Source: an uncultured Eubacteriales bacterium (GTDB lineage Bacteria; Bacillota; Clostridia; Oscillospirales; QAKW01). From it: DNA of 64,000 nucleotides. The notes below the pieces were generated by a model, which was given only the letters and a program-made list of their open reading frames with translations, ran no database searches and had not been told where the DNA came from. The first letter of the stretch is position 1, and the number at the start of each line of letters is the position of its first letter. Shown here piece by piece: positions 1 to 8,580 of this stretch. Location of the stretch: NCBI GenBank assembly GCA_902492505.1, contig CABULU010000001.1, forward strand, positions 71,601-135,600, written 5' to 3'. The translations under genes were made by a program, and so were the position numbers.

Positions 1-463
1 TTTGCGCTATCGTCACCATGCCTGCAGCATCAACTCGCGGGTAGGCCTCGGTATAAATCGGAAGCAGATAGATAAGCTCATCGCCGTAAATCCACGGCTG
101 GGCGTCGATTATGTATGTCTCGCCCTTTTTCATGTTCATTCTTGATACAAACTCGTCCGTCGTTCCCAAACAGTACAGCTTTGCCTGCCCTGTCGGAGTG
201 TAGCCGTCGATGCTGCGGGTAATGTTGACCGTATACACAGTGTATTTTGTGAGGTCAATATTATATTTTGTAATAATTGCGTCCTCGGTTGCGACCGACA
301 GAATTTCGCCAACGAAAATATTTTTCTGAAGCTCGACCATGTTTTCCAGGCGGCTTGTAATTGCCGTATCATTGCCGACTATTTTCTGCCCCTGTCCGCC
401 GGCGCAGCCGCTGCAAAAGAACACCGCAGCCGTGAGAAAAAGACTTATCAGTCGTTTTGTCAT
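1..463 (-). CDS. putative secreted lipoprotein, first 154 codons (3' end beyond window)
   Basis: Not in the supplied track. Reverse-strand ATG at 463-461 opens MTKRLISLFLTAAVFFCSGCAGGQGQKIVGND... with no stop down to nt 1. Hydrophobic signal plus lipobox-like FCSGC. The ATG shares its A with the TAA of the upstream gene (TAATG). Confidence 0.6.
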   Translation of the reverse strand, partial: MTKRLISLFLTAAVFFCSGCAGGQGQKIVGNDTAITSRLENMVELQKNIFVGEILSVATEDAIITKYNIDLTKYTVYTVNITRSIDGYTPTGQAKLYCLGTTDEFVSRMNMKKGETYIIDAQPWIYGDELIYLLPIYTEAYPRVDAAGMVTIAQ

Positions 464-2475
464 TACTGTTTTATATCCTCCTGTACATCCCAAATCTGAT
501 GCGACGGCGTGTTCTGCCCGCGCCCGCCTGATGGGTTCCACACATCGGACGAATTTTCATTATCCGGTAAACCCTCGGAGCTTTCGGTGCTATCTTCTGT
601 AGCTTGTGAGGAATCGGGCGTGTCGCCGCCGGCTGAGCCGCTGTCGCCGCCGGTTTCGCCGTCTGAATTTGTGCCCGTTTCATCCGTCGGAGTCTGTACC
701 TTGTCGGTGTCCGACGGATTATCCGTATTTTCGGGTGTTTGTGACGGATTATCAGTCTGCGTGCTGCCGTCTGCTTCGGTTTCGGTTTCGGTGTCGGTGG
801 GCTTGCCTGCGGTCGGAGTATCGCCGCTGTTTGTCTCAGGTGCCGTTTCCGTATCAGCCTCATTTTCGTCGTCAGGATTTATTTCCTCGGGCGTTACACC
901 GTCATCGGTATCCGGCATGGCCGGTTCCTCCGGAGCATCGGGCGTTTCCTGCGGCACGTCCTCGTATACGCTTTCGGCGTACAGCGCAACTGCCTGCTCG
1001 AAAAATACATTTTGGCGTTCGTAAAAGCTTTGCAGCTTAAAATACATATCGGAAATCTTTTCACCAAACTTAAACTCGTTTTCGCTCTCTATCTTTTTCT
1101 TCACCGCCTCCGCGATGCTGAATTTCGCGGAAAGATCCAGCTCAACGCCGGTGTCAATCAGGTTTTTGTAAAATACAGGTGTTGAATATCCGTTTATAAG
1201 CATTGTGTCATTAAGACGAGCTATTTCCAGCTTGTCGCTGTAATCCGGCTTGATATACGCGCGGATATAATGCGGCGCCCAGGAATCATAAGGGTTTTCG
1301 ACGCGAATTGACATGCTGCTGATGTCAAAAACGCACATTCCCTCCGGCATTTCAAGCTTAAATGAGGAGGTTGTGCCGAGTTCAAAATCGTCGGTGCCCA
1401 GCGTGTCCAAAAGAAAGCTCTCGGTATACCCGCCGTCCGGCTTTTCGGAAAAGAAGGTGACGTCCAAAAACAGCCGCCCGTCATAGTCCAGCGAGTCGAT
1501 TTCGGGTATATCCACGCCCTTTGTATAATAGGTAAGAATATTATTTTGAATTTGAATGTTGGCCGTTTCAATGTCCAGATACAAAAATTTTCCGCCGTTT
1601 AGCCCCAGTGAATCAAGCGCGTCCGATTTCAGAGTGTCGCTCATCAGCTCGGTCGCGCCTTTTTGCGCGAGACTGAGATAATACGAATATATCTGCTTTG
1701 TGCGGTTGTATTTGTTGTTTTCGCCGTGAACGATTTTCAGCGTTGACTGCTTGACAGCGTGCTCCCCGCCGCCGAAAACCGCAACATCCTCCCAGTCCTC
1801 CCCGGCAAGCATCATCGGTTCGTTGCCGAGCAGGAAATAAACGCGCGCCCAGCGGCAGTGCCACTCGTCGTAATTATTGTTGATGTCGGGCAAAACGGCA
1901 ATCGTGTATTCGGTGATGTCAAACGGCGTGTAGCCGAACGGCAGAATGAGCGTGAACGTATCCGTCATGCCGCTTTCAAAATTGTCGTAATTTGCGTTGC
2001 TAAGCGCAAACTCGGTAGTGTTCCCGTCGGAAAAAGTGAGGCGGAGGTTAACGCCGCCGCGATCCAGTCCCACACCGCGCGGATTGATGTAGTTTTCGTC
2101 GTCTGTTTTAAGCGTGACCTGTATGCGGTTTGAAGAGCCGAGCGCATAAAGCGAGCGCAGATACGGCACGGTGTCGTCAAACTCGGTCATTGTCAGGCGC
2201 GAAATGATGCGGCGGTTGCTGTCAAAAAAAGGACATACAAATTTTGTAAATACCGCGGACATAACGCACAGCGCCGCGATACATGCCGCTGCGGCGCAGC
2301 CGGTGATAAACGGCACGCTTTTAATGAAATTTTTGAAGCGGGCGCTCTTAAAAAAGCGTTTAGTTTTGCGCAAAGCAAATTTTATGTTAACCGTTGCCCA
2401 TTTTTTCAGGCGTTTTCTGTAACGGTAATCGTTGAATTTTTCAATTAATTTTTTCAAGGCGGGATTTCCTTTCAA
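463..2475 (-). CDS. single-pass membrane protein with two PLAT/LH2-like repeats and an acidic low-complexity tail
   Basis: 670-aa ORF with a basic N-terminus and a TM helix around aa 55-78. Internal duplication at aa ~117-216 and ~298-409. The C-terminal ~165 aa are D/E/T/P/S-rich. The listed start is TTG without a clear SD, so the 5' end is uncertain. Confidence 0.6.
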   Translation of the reverse strand: MKGNPALKKLIEKFNDYRYRKRLKKWATVNIKFALRKTKRFFKSARFKNFIKSVPFITGCAAAACIAALCVMSAVFTKFVCPFFDSNRRIISRLTMTEFDDTVPYLRSLYALGSSNRIQVTLKTDDENYINPRGVGLDRGGVNLRLTFSDGNTTEFALSNANYDNFESGMTDTFTLILPFGYTPFDITEYTIAVLPDINNNYDEWHCRWARVYFLLGNEPMMLAGEDWEDVAVFGGGEHAVKQSTLKIVHGENNKYNRTKQIYSYYLSLAQKGATELMSDTLKSDALDSLGLNGGKFLYLDIETANIQIQNNILTYYTKGVDIPEIDSLDYDGRLFLDVTFFSEKPDGGYTESFLLDTLGTDDFELGTTSSFKLEMPEGMCVFDISSMSIRVENPYDSWAPHYIRAYIKPDYSDKLEIARLNDTMLINGYSTPVFYKNLIDTGVELDLSAKFSIAEAVKKKIESENEFKFGEKISDMYFKLQSFYERQNVFFEQAVALYAESVYEDVPQETPDAPEEPAMPDTDDGVTPEEINPDDENEADTETAPETNSGDTPTAGKPTDTETETEADGSTQTDNPSQTPENTDNPSDTDKVQTPTDETGTNSDGETGGDSGSAGGDTPDSSQATEDSTESSEGLPDNENSSDVWNPSGGRGQNTPSHQIWDVQEDIKQ

Positions 2476-2604
2476 AAAAACTGTACATAATAATTATATC
2501 ACAGAATATCCGATTTTTAAATGTTTTTTTAAATTTAATAAATTTGCGAATAGTACGAGTTTTTTCGTCAATAATATTTACGAGCCCAAAGGAGAGATGA
2601 AAAA

Positions 2605-2829
2605 ATGATGGATAAGCTGGCGCTTACACTCGTGACTATCGGCGCTATCAACTGGGGCAGCGTCGGACTGTTTAAGTTTGACATAGTGGGATTTATTTTC
2701 GGCGGTACCGATTCGCTTGTCAGCCGTATAATTTTCACGCTCGTTGGTCTTGCAGGTTTGTGGACAATCTCAGTTCTTTTCAAAAAGATTGTACCAGCAG
2801 ACTCTGTTGTAACCGAGAATCACGAATAA
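2605..2829 (+). CDS. DUF378-family small membrane protein
   Basis: 74 aa with the motif GAINWGSVGLFKFDIVGFIFGG typical of DUF378 (YuzA-like). SD aaaggagag lies upstream. Confidence 0.75.
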   Translation: MMDKLALTLVTIGAINWGSVGLFKFDIVGFIFGGTDSLVSRIIFTLVGLAGLWTISVLFKKIVPADSVVTENHE

Positions 2830-2830
2830 A

Positions 2831-2866
2831 AATCACGGCGGTTTTAACCGCCGTGATTTTTATTTT
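2831..2866. terminator. bidirectional intrinsic terminator
   Basis: aatcacggcgg/ccgccgtgatt stem flanked by an A-run and a T-run. It sits between the convergent genes ending at 2829 (+) and 2881 (-). Confidence 0.8.
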
Positions 2867-2880
2867 GGATTGTCTGTGCT

Positions 2881-3732
2881 TTACGTCCTATGTTTTTTCT
2901 TAAATATAATTAAAACAGTTACTCCCGCAGCCAAAAGCAAAACCGCCGCTCCGATATAAACGGGCGCATAGTTATATATATACTTAACCGGTGCCGAACC
3001 GTTTAAAGCGGGCTTTTCCTCCCACGGCAAAAGAGTTACAACCTGTACCGGGAAGTCGGAGTTATAAATGTCCAGTGCTTCTGCGGCAGTGTAAATCTTT
3101 CCGTTTTCAAGCTCCGTAAAGTCCGGGCGAGAGCAATACGGAATGAGATACTCCGTGCCGTCCGTTAAAACATAAATGAAATTTACACGGTCGGACGATA
3201 CATATTTTATCTCATCGGCATTAGTAATGCCTTTTTCTTTTTTCAGCTTTTTTAAAATTCCTTTTAAGGAAAAATCCAAATCGAGCTTATTTCCGTTATC
3301 GTCGGTAAAGGAAAGACTGCTGCCCGCGCCGCCAAACTGCCAGCTTCCGGATTTTTTGCTGAAAGAAATATAGATGTTTTCATTGTAAAGCGGCACAATC
3401 CAGTTGTAATCGTCGCTAATCATTGAGCCGAAATTTCCGTTTTTTGTATAGTCGTCGTAGATGTATACCGAATTCAGTCTGTACTGCTTGTAGGCATTGT
3501 CCGTTTTCATGCTCTTTTTTATTTGGTTTTTGTCAACGGAAGCATTAAGACTCGGCATCATGGACGTTAAAAACTCGCTGTCGTAATCAATCAGCTCCTG
3601 AATTTGTTTAAGCTCGGCTTTGCTGTTTTTTTCTTCATCTTTGATAAGGTTCTCTGCGCTTTTTGCACCGCAAATAAATGTTGTGCTAATGAATAGTGCG
3701 ATTAACGTCAAAGCTACTGTAAATTTTTTCAT
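2881..3732 (-). CDS. secreted protein with C-terminal membrane anchor, unknown function
   Basis: 283 aa. N-terminal signal MKKFTVALTLIALFISTTFICGA, C-terminal TM IGAAVLLLAAGVTVLIIF followed by KKKHRT. Strong SD gggaggac. AT-rich codon usage. Confidence 0.7.
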   Translation of the reverse strand: MKKFTVALTLIALFISTTFICGAKSAENLIKDEEKNSKAELKQIQELIDYDSEFLTSMMPSLNASVDKNQIKKSMKTDNAYKQYRLNSVYIYDDYTKNGNFGSMISDDYNWIVPLYNENIYISFSKKSGSWQFGGAGSSLSFTDDNGNKLDLDFSLKGILKKLKKEKGITNADEIKYVSSDRVNFIYVLTDGTEYLIPYCSRPDFTELENGKIYTAAEALDIYNSDFPVQVVTLLPWEEKPALNGSAPVKYIYNYAPVYIGAAVLLLAAGVTVLIIFKKKHRT

Positions 3733-3759
3733 ATTGCGTCCTCCCGCTTTTATAACGAT

Positions 3760-4950
3760 TTAGGATAACAGCCAGTCTGCGATATCTACAATTTTTACGC
3801 CCTCATACTGATATTCGTCGTGTCGGGTGCGGGCGATTATTGTTTTCGGGTAAGCGTCGTTGATTTTTAACAGCGGCGTAACCTCTCTTTCAAAGGTTTT
3901 TTCGTTTGTAATATCGTCGGACACCTGCATATAGATTTTTTCGCTGCGCTTTATCGCCACAAAGTCAATTTCCGTTTTATAAAGAACGCCGGCATAAACT
4001 TCGTATCCCCTGCGTAAAAGCTCTATGGCGACGATGTTTTCAAGTATTCTGCCGTAGTCCATGTTCTTTGTGCCGAGTTTTGCATATCGGAAAGTATGGT
4101 CGCTCAGATAATACTTGTCGTTGGAGGTAAGGTATTTTTTTCCTTTTATGTCGTATCTGCGGACTTTATAAAAAGCGAAAGCGTTGCATAGATACTGCAT
4201 GTAAGAGCTGACTGTTTTGTGGTATATTTTTTCCTGTGATGTTTTTAACGTGTCTGCAATGGTGCGCGCGGAGGAAATATTGGAAATATTATCCATTAAA
4301 AAGTCTACGATTCTGTCCATAAGCGCGGGATTGCGGATTTTATATTTTCTGCGGATGTCCCGAACTATCAGCGTGTTAAACACTTCGGCAATATAATCGA
4401 ATTTTGATTCCTGGTCTTTATAAAGATAGGAGCCTGACATGCCGCCCTCCAGCATAAATTTGTCAAAGGCGGCGTATTTGTCGGTAAAATCGAAATATTG
4501 CATATACCCACTGAAGTAGAAAGGATAAACTTTGATTTCAAATGTGCGACCGGTGAATAAGGTTGCAAGGTCGGAGCTTAAAAGGAAGGCATTGGAGCCT
4601 GTGATGTAGATGTCATACTTTTCCGTGGCGTGCAGACCGTTGATTACTTTTTCAAAGTCCTTGCACATTTGCACTTCGTCTATAAAGACAAAATTTTCCA
4701 TTTCTTTCATATATTTGAAATTTATATAATCATATAAAGCATGGTATTCGAGCAAATTTTCGTATTCCGGGAGATTGAAATTAATGTGAATAATGTTACA
4801 TTTAGAAATATTTTCCTGTATATATTGCTTAAAGCTGTCAAGCAGCGTTGATTTACCCGAACGGCGGACGCCCGTTATAACTTTTATGTCGGGGGTGCCG
4901 ATGACGTTAATTAATTTATTTAGGTAGTGTTTTCTTTCAATCAGTTTCAC
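3760..4950 (-). CDS. AAA+ ATPase of the AAA_14/DUF4143 type (COG1373-like)
   Basis: 396 aa with Walker A GVRRSGKST and Walker B FVFIDEVQ. GTG start preceded by agaggtga. Confidence 0.75.
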   Translation of the reverse strand: MKLIERKHYLNKLINVIGTPDIKVITGVRRSGKSTLLDSFKQYIQENISKCNIIHINFNLPEYENLLEYHALYDYINFKYMKEMENFVFIDEVQMCKDFEKVINGLHATEKYDIYITGSNAFLLSSDLATLFTGRTFEIKVYPFYFSGYMQYFDFTDKYAAFDKFMLEGGMSGSYLYKDQESKFDYIAEVFNTLIVRDIRRKYKIRNPALMDRIVDFLMDNISNISSARTIADTLKTSQEKIYHKTVSSYMQYLCNAFAFYKVRRYDIKGKKYLTSNDKYYLSDHTFRYAKLGTKNMDYGRILENIVAIELLRRGYEVYAGVLYKTEIDFVAIKRSEKIYMQVSDDITNEKTFEREVTPLLKINDAYPKTIIARTRHDEYQYEGVKIVDIADWLLS

Positions 4951-4971
4951 ACTAAATCACCTCTTATAAAA

Positions 4972-5030
4972 ATTATAGCACATCTATTATCCAAAATCAA
5001 ATTTTTTTCAATTTTGGATAATAGATGTGC
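4972..5030 (-). promoter_or_regulatory. sigma-A-type promoter embedded in a perfect 20-bp-arm inverted repeat (candidate operator)
   Basis: Minus strand: -35 TTGATT (5000-4995), 17-nt spacer, -10 TATAAT (4977-4972). IR gcacatctattatccaaaat (4978-4997) / attttggataatagatgtgc (5011-5030) with a 13-nt loop. One arm fills the promoter spacer. Confidence 0.6.
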
Positions 5031-5241
5031 TTTGAATTTACAATAAATTCCAGTTATTAAAATAAATGGTAAATATTGTAAATTTAAATATTTACATATA
5101 GTTTACATAAATTACCAGTAAATTATTGGAAATGAAAAATAATGTATTTTTATATAAAAATTGATTGTTCACCAATAAATACTGAAATTTATTACCTTAT
5201 ATAATATAATTAATAACAGCATTAAAATTCATTTACTGATT

Positions 5242-5517
5242 TTATTCTTTTTTCTGTGTTAACTTCTTGGTAAAGTTTGCGCCGTTTATGAGGTCGGCAG
5301 GGTCAACTTCCAAAGCTCTTGCGATATCAAAAAATATATCTAAATTAAAAGATTTTGCAATTCCTGGGGCTTCGATAACGCTGATAAGTGAACGGCTGAC
5401 GTTTGCTTTCTCGGCAAATTCATATTGTGATAAACCTCTAATTTTTCTAAGAGTTGAAATAGTAGCTCCTAACTGTATAAGTTGGTCATAACTTTCCTTA
5501 GATATTTTTCTTCCCAT
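5242..5517 (-). CDS. XRE-family helix-turn-helix transcriptional regulator (paralog 1)
   Basis: HTH LRKIRGLSQYEFAEKANVSRSLISVIE. Start moved to the ATG at 5517, which has the SD agaggtga. The track's GTG start lies inside that SD. Confidence 0.8.
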   Translation of the reverse strand: MGRKISKESYDQLIQLGATISTLRKIRGLSQYEFAEKANVSRSLISVIEAPGIAKSFNLDIFFDIARALEVDPADLINGANFTKKLTQKKE

Positions 5518-5584
5518 GTAACTCACCTCTAATATAATTATATATCAATTTTAGATAAAAATCAGCATATTATTCATAAGCATA

Positions 5585-5613
5585 TTGACAATGTTTGTAA
5601 GCAAGTATATAAT
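5585..5613 (+). promoter_or_regulatory. consensus sigma-A-like promoter pointing antisense into the XRE paralog 2 gene
   Basis: TTGACA (5585-5590), 17-nt spacer, TATAAT (5608-5613) on the + strand. There is no + strand ORF downstream. Confidence 0.3.
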
Positions 5614-5628
5614 ATATAAAGCTAAATG

Positions 5629-5877
5629 TTATTTTTCGGATGCATCAATTAAAACTGATGCACGAGTGTTTAATGCATCTGCAATATCGTATACAACTTC
5701 CAAATTAAATCCATATGCACTTCCCGGAGCCTCAATAAGACTAAGATGAGAACGACTAATGCCTGCAAGGTCAGCTAATTTTTCTTGTGACAGCCCTTGT
5801 TCTTTTCTGAGTTTAGAAATTGTTATACCTAATTGTATAAAACGATCACGGTTTTTAAATTTAACTTCTTTTCCCAT
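5629..5877 (-). CDS. XRE-family helix-turn-helix transcriptional regulator (paralog 2)
   Basis: HTH LRKEQGLSQEKLADLAGISRSHLSLIE. It is clearly paralogous to the 5242-5517 product (shared IQLG.TIS.LRK...IEAPG...FNL motif). Start set at the ATG at 5877 behind aaaggag. Confidence 0.8.
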   Translation of the reverse strand: MGKEVKFKNRDRFIQLGITISKLRKEQGLSQEKLADLAGISRSHLSLIEAPGSAYGFNLEVVYDIADALNTRASVLIDASEK

Positions 5878-6058
5878 GGTAATATGCTCCTTTGCTATGT
5901 TAATACCATTATAAACCATTTATCTTTATATTTCAGTAGTCAAATGTAAGCAAAAAGGAAAAATTCATAAGTTTTAAATTATTATTTATTGTAAATATAA
6001 TATATAAATAAGCGAAAAACTTTATTTATAAGCTATTGGTGTAGTCGGAGGGTATTTT

Positions 6059-6436
6059 ATGTCCGAGAATTTAAAATTAGAAAATATGGAAATAACAGTT
6101 TTAAGTAACACAAAAGAAGTAATCGAAAAAATTTGTAAAAGTATCGGATTAACTTCGGGGGAATTAATTGATCGGTTAATTCTTAGATGGGAGCCACAGG
6201 AACCAATGTGTGCCGCACAACTCATTCTGGATAATATTTACATTAATACCAGAAAAATGAATAATAGTCAATTTGATAAAACTATTGCTATTGTTTTTAC
6301 TGTAATTAAAGAATGCCTGAATAAAGACGGGTTAAAATCTTTAGCACCGATAATCGAGGATTTCGATGCTTTACTTGCTAAGAAAGAAATATCAATTAGT
6401 GAGTATGATATATCGAATAAATTTATGCAAAAATGA
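6059..6436 (+). CDS. hypothetical protein (125 aa), divergent from the XRE pair
   Basis: ATG preceded by ggaggg. AT-rich. No motif recognised. Confidence 0.5.
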   Translation: MSENLKLENMEITVLSNTKEVIEKICKSIGLTSGELIDRLILRWEPQEPMCAAQLILDNIYINTRKMNNSQFDKTIAIVFTVIKECLNKDGLKSLAPIIEDFDALLAKKEISISEYDISNKFMQK

Positions 6437-6569
6437 GCGCTATGCGCTGCTGCCGTTTCCGCGGGGGTGTTCCTTTTTTGATAATTTTTTCTCGTTGTTA
6501 TTCCCGCGGGAATTTGTGCAGTGCATTTACATATATTTCCATTTAGCTTTATATGTGCTGCTACATAAG

Positions 6570-6606
6570 ACCAAAGCGCCAAGCGTTAACTGCTTGGCGC
6601 TTTGGT
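6570..6606. terminator. 15-bp perfect hairpin (terminator-like, weak U-tract)
   Basis: accaaagcgccaagc-gttaact-gcttggcgctttggt, lying just beyond the stop of the convergent GH18 gene at 6615. Confidence 0.55.
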
Positions 6607-6614
6607 ACATTACA

Positions 6615-7742
6615 TTATATTTTAATAATATCAAACATGCTGGCCATAACCGTCATCATCGGCTTATAGAACGACATCACCGTCCAAATTGAATAACCCG
6701 CAAGATTATAATTTCGCAAAAGCTGCATTTTTGCCGCGACCGAGCGCGCGTCCTCAAACCACACGACATGCTGCTTACCGTTTCTGTCGTAGTAGTTGTA
6801 ATACGGCGTCTGCGCGGTCTCGTCGTATTTTATTTCCGCGCCCACCTCGCGCGCCAGTTCTATCGCCCTGTTGTTGGAAATCGCCTGTGCGGCGTTGCCC
6901 TTGACAAACGGCAGCGTCCAGTCATAGGCATAATTGGGTATTCCCATCAGCAGCTTTTCGGGCGGAATCTGGCTGACAGCGTACCGCAAAACCTCCTCCA
7001 CCTTATTAAGCGGAGCCGTCGCCATGGGCGGACCGTAGGTATAGCCCCACTCATAGGTCATTATCAGCACGTAGTCCGCCGCTGCGCCTATTGCGGCGTA
7101 GTCGTGCGCCTCGTACAGCAGTCCGGGCTGGTCCGAGCTGACTTTCGGTGCAAGCGCAACTATAACCTTGTAGCCGAGCGGCTGAGCAAGCGAGTGTACA
7201 AGCTCGATGAACGCCACATACTGTTTTTTGAATCTCGGCGGTATGTACTCAAAGTCGATATCAACGCCGAAATAGTTGTGTGTTTGCAGCTTTGCTATAA
7301 TATTATTTGCCAGCGTCATCGTCGCCTCCTCGCTGCCCAGCACCGCCGCCGCATTTTCCGAGCTGAACCGCCCGTCCTCGGTGAGCGTTGTCACAAGCAG
7401 TATGGGAGCAACATTATTATTTTCCGCGATTGTGATAAGCTCGCTGTCGTCTAAATCGACAAGCGTTCCGTTGGGGCGAATTCCGTAGGAAAACGGAGTC
7501 AGTGTTGACAGAAACGGCAGCGTCGGAAACAGCGCCGCTTTGTCAATATGCGGATAAGCATAGCCGTTTGCCAAAACTCTGCCCATCTTTTCGGCGGGTG
7601 ACGGCACAATAACCGCCTGCCCGACTATCAGCGTCGGCTGCACCGTCGGTCCGTTTGCCTCCAAAAGCTGCTCTATCGTCACACCGTACATTTTGCCGAT
7701 GGAGTAGAGAGAATCGCCCTTTTGTGTTACGTGAATCATCAT
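6615..7742 (-). CDS. LysM + GH18 spore peptidoglycan hydrolase (YaaH/SleL-like)
   Basis: N-terminal LysM (HVTQKGDSLYSIGKMYGVTIEQLLEANG). GH18 catalytic motif GVDIDFEYI. Confidence 0.8.
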   Translation of the reverse strand: MMIHVTQKGDSLYSIGKMYGVTIEQLLEANGPTVQPTLIVGQAVIVPSPAEKMGRVLANGYAYPHIDKAALFPTLPFLSTLTPFSYGIRPNGTLVDLDDSELITIAENNNVAPILLVTTLTEDGRFSSENAAAVLGSEEATMTLANNIIAKLQTHNYFGVDIDFEYIPPRFKKQYVAFIELVHSLAQPLGYKVIVALAPKVSSDQPGLLYEAHDYAAIGAAADYVLIMTYEWGYTYGPPMATAPLNKVEEVLRYAVSQIPPEKLLMGIPNYAYDWTLPFVKGNAAQAISNNRAIELAREVGAEIKYDETAQTPYYNYYDRNGKQHVVWFEDARSVAAKMQLLRNYNLAGYSIWTVMSFYKPMMTVMASMFDIIKI

Positions 7743-7824
7743 TTAAAAGCACCTCGTAAAATTGATGTGTACGATATAACATATGTTGTTCAAAAAAATA
7801 AAATGCCACATATAATATACAGAG

Positions 7825-8394
7825 GTGATTAATATTACTAAAATTTTTATTGACCAGGGTCATAACCCGCAGGGCTTTAACGCAGGCGCCGAGGGTAATG
7901 GACTGAGAGAACAGGATGTTACTTATCAGGTCGGAATTTATCTTTCCGAGCTTTTACAGGAAAACGGTAATTTTGAGACGATGCTTTCCCGCCCGACTCC
8001 CGAAACGGTGCTCGGCACGTCCAACTCAACCAGTCTTCAGGCGCGCGTGAACATGGCAAACAATTGGGGCGCCGATTACTTTATCAGCATCCACTGCAAC
8101 GCGTCGGAAAATCCCCAGGCAAACGGCACCGAAGTGTATGTTTACAGCCGCAGCTCCCCCGCTTTCGGCATGGCGGAGGATATCCAGCAGCAGATTGTGT
8201 CGCGCCTTGGCACAAAGGACTTGGGCGTTAAGGAAAATACTTCGCTGTATGTGCTCCGCCGCACGTCCATGCCCGCGATGCTTGTTGAACTGGCATTTTT
8301 AACCAACGAAAGCGACGCCCAGCTTCTGCGCTACGACCAGTACCAGTTTGCATACGCGATTTATCAGGGAATTTTGCAGTATCTGGGGCTGTGA
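7825..8394 (+). CDS. N-acetylmuramoyl-L-alanine amidase (Amidase_3 catalytic domain only)
   Basis: IFIDQGHNP...GAEGNGLREQDV...ADYFISIHCNA...GTEVYV...LVELAFLTN matches MurNAc-LAA. The exact start is uncertain (GTG with a weak SD). Confidence 0.75.
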   Translation: MINITKIFIDQGHNPQGFNAGAEGNGLREQDVTYQVGIYLSELLQENGNFETMLSRPTPETVLGTSNSTSLQARVNMANNWGADYFISIHCNASENPQANGTEVYVYSRSSPAFGMAEDIQQQIVSRLGTKDLGVKENTSLYVLRRTSMPAMLVELAFLTNESDAQLLRYDQYQFAYAIYQGILQYLGL

Positions 8395-8507
8395 CATTCT
8401 GACAAAAGAGCAAATTTAACCCCATTCAAACGTATTAGGACAATTTTCTGCGCTGTTAATCAATTTCCTTTTTTTCACTGGAAAATTTAGGTAAATTTTG
8501 TCTTTCA

Positions 8508-8514
8508 TTCGACA
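8508..8514 (-). promoter_or_regulatory. perfect Spo0A box (TGTCGAA on the minus strand)
   Basis: + strand reads TTCGACA, 67 bp upstream of the spo0A-like ATG and about 30 bp upstream of the -10. Confidence 0.45.
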
Positions 8515-8542
8515 TTTATCGTCGTTTTTTCAGTTTCTATAT

Positions 8543-8551
8543 TGCTATAAT
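8543..8551 (+). promoter_or_regulatory. extended -10 element (TGcTATAAT) of the spo0A-like gene
   Basis: TGCTATAAT lies 30 nt upstream of the ATG. The -35 is poor. Confidence 0.5.
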
Positions 8552-8580
8552 TATCGCATAACAACGACAGGAGAAAAAAG

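Noticed and set aside
136-372. 78-aa minus-strand ORF from the track
   Set aside because: It lies out of frame inside a longer open frame (1-463, minus). That frame has a signal peptide and a start coupled to the upstream stop. The 78-aa product is low-complexity and has no SD.
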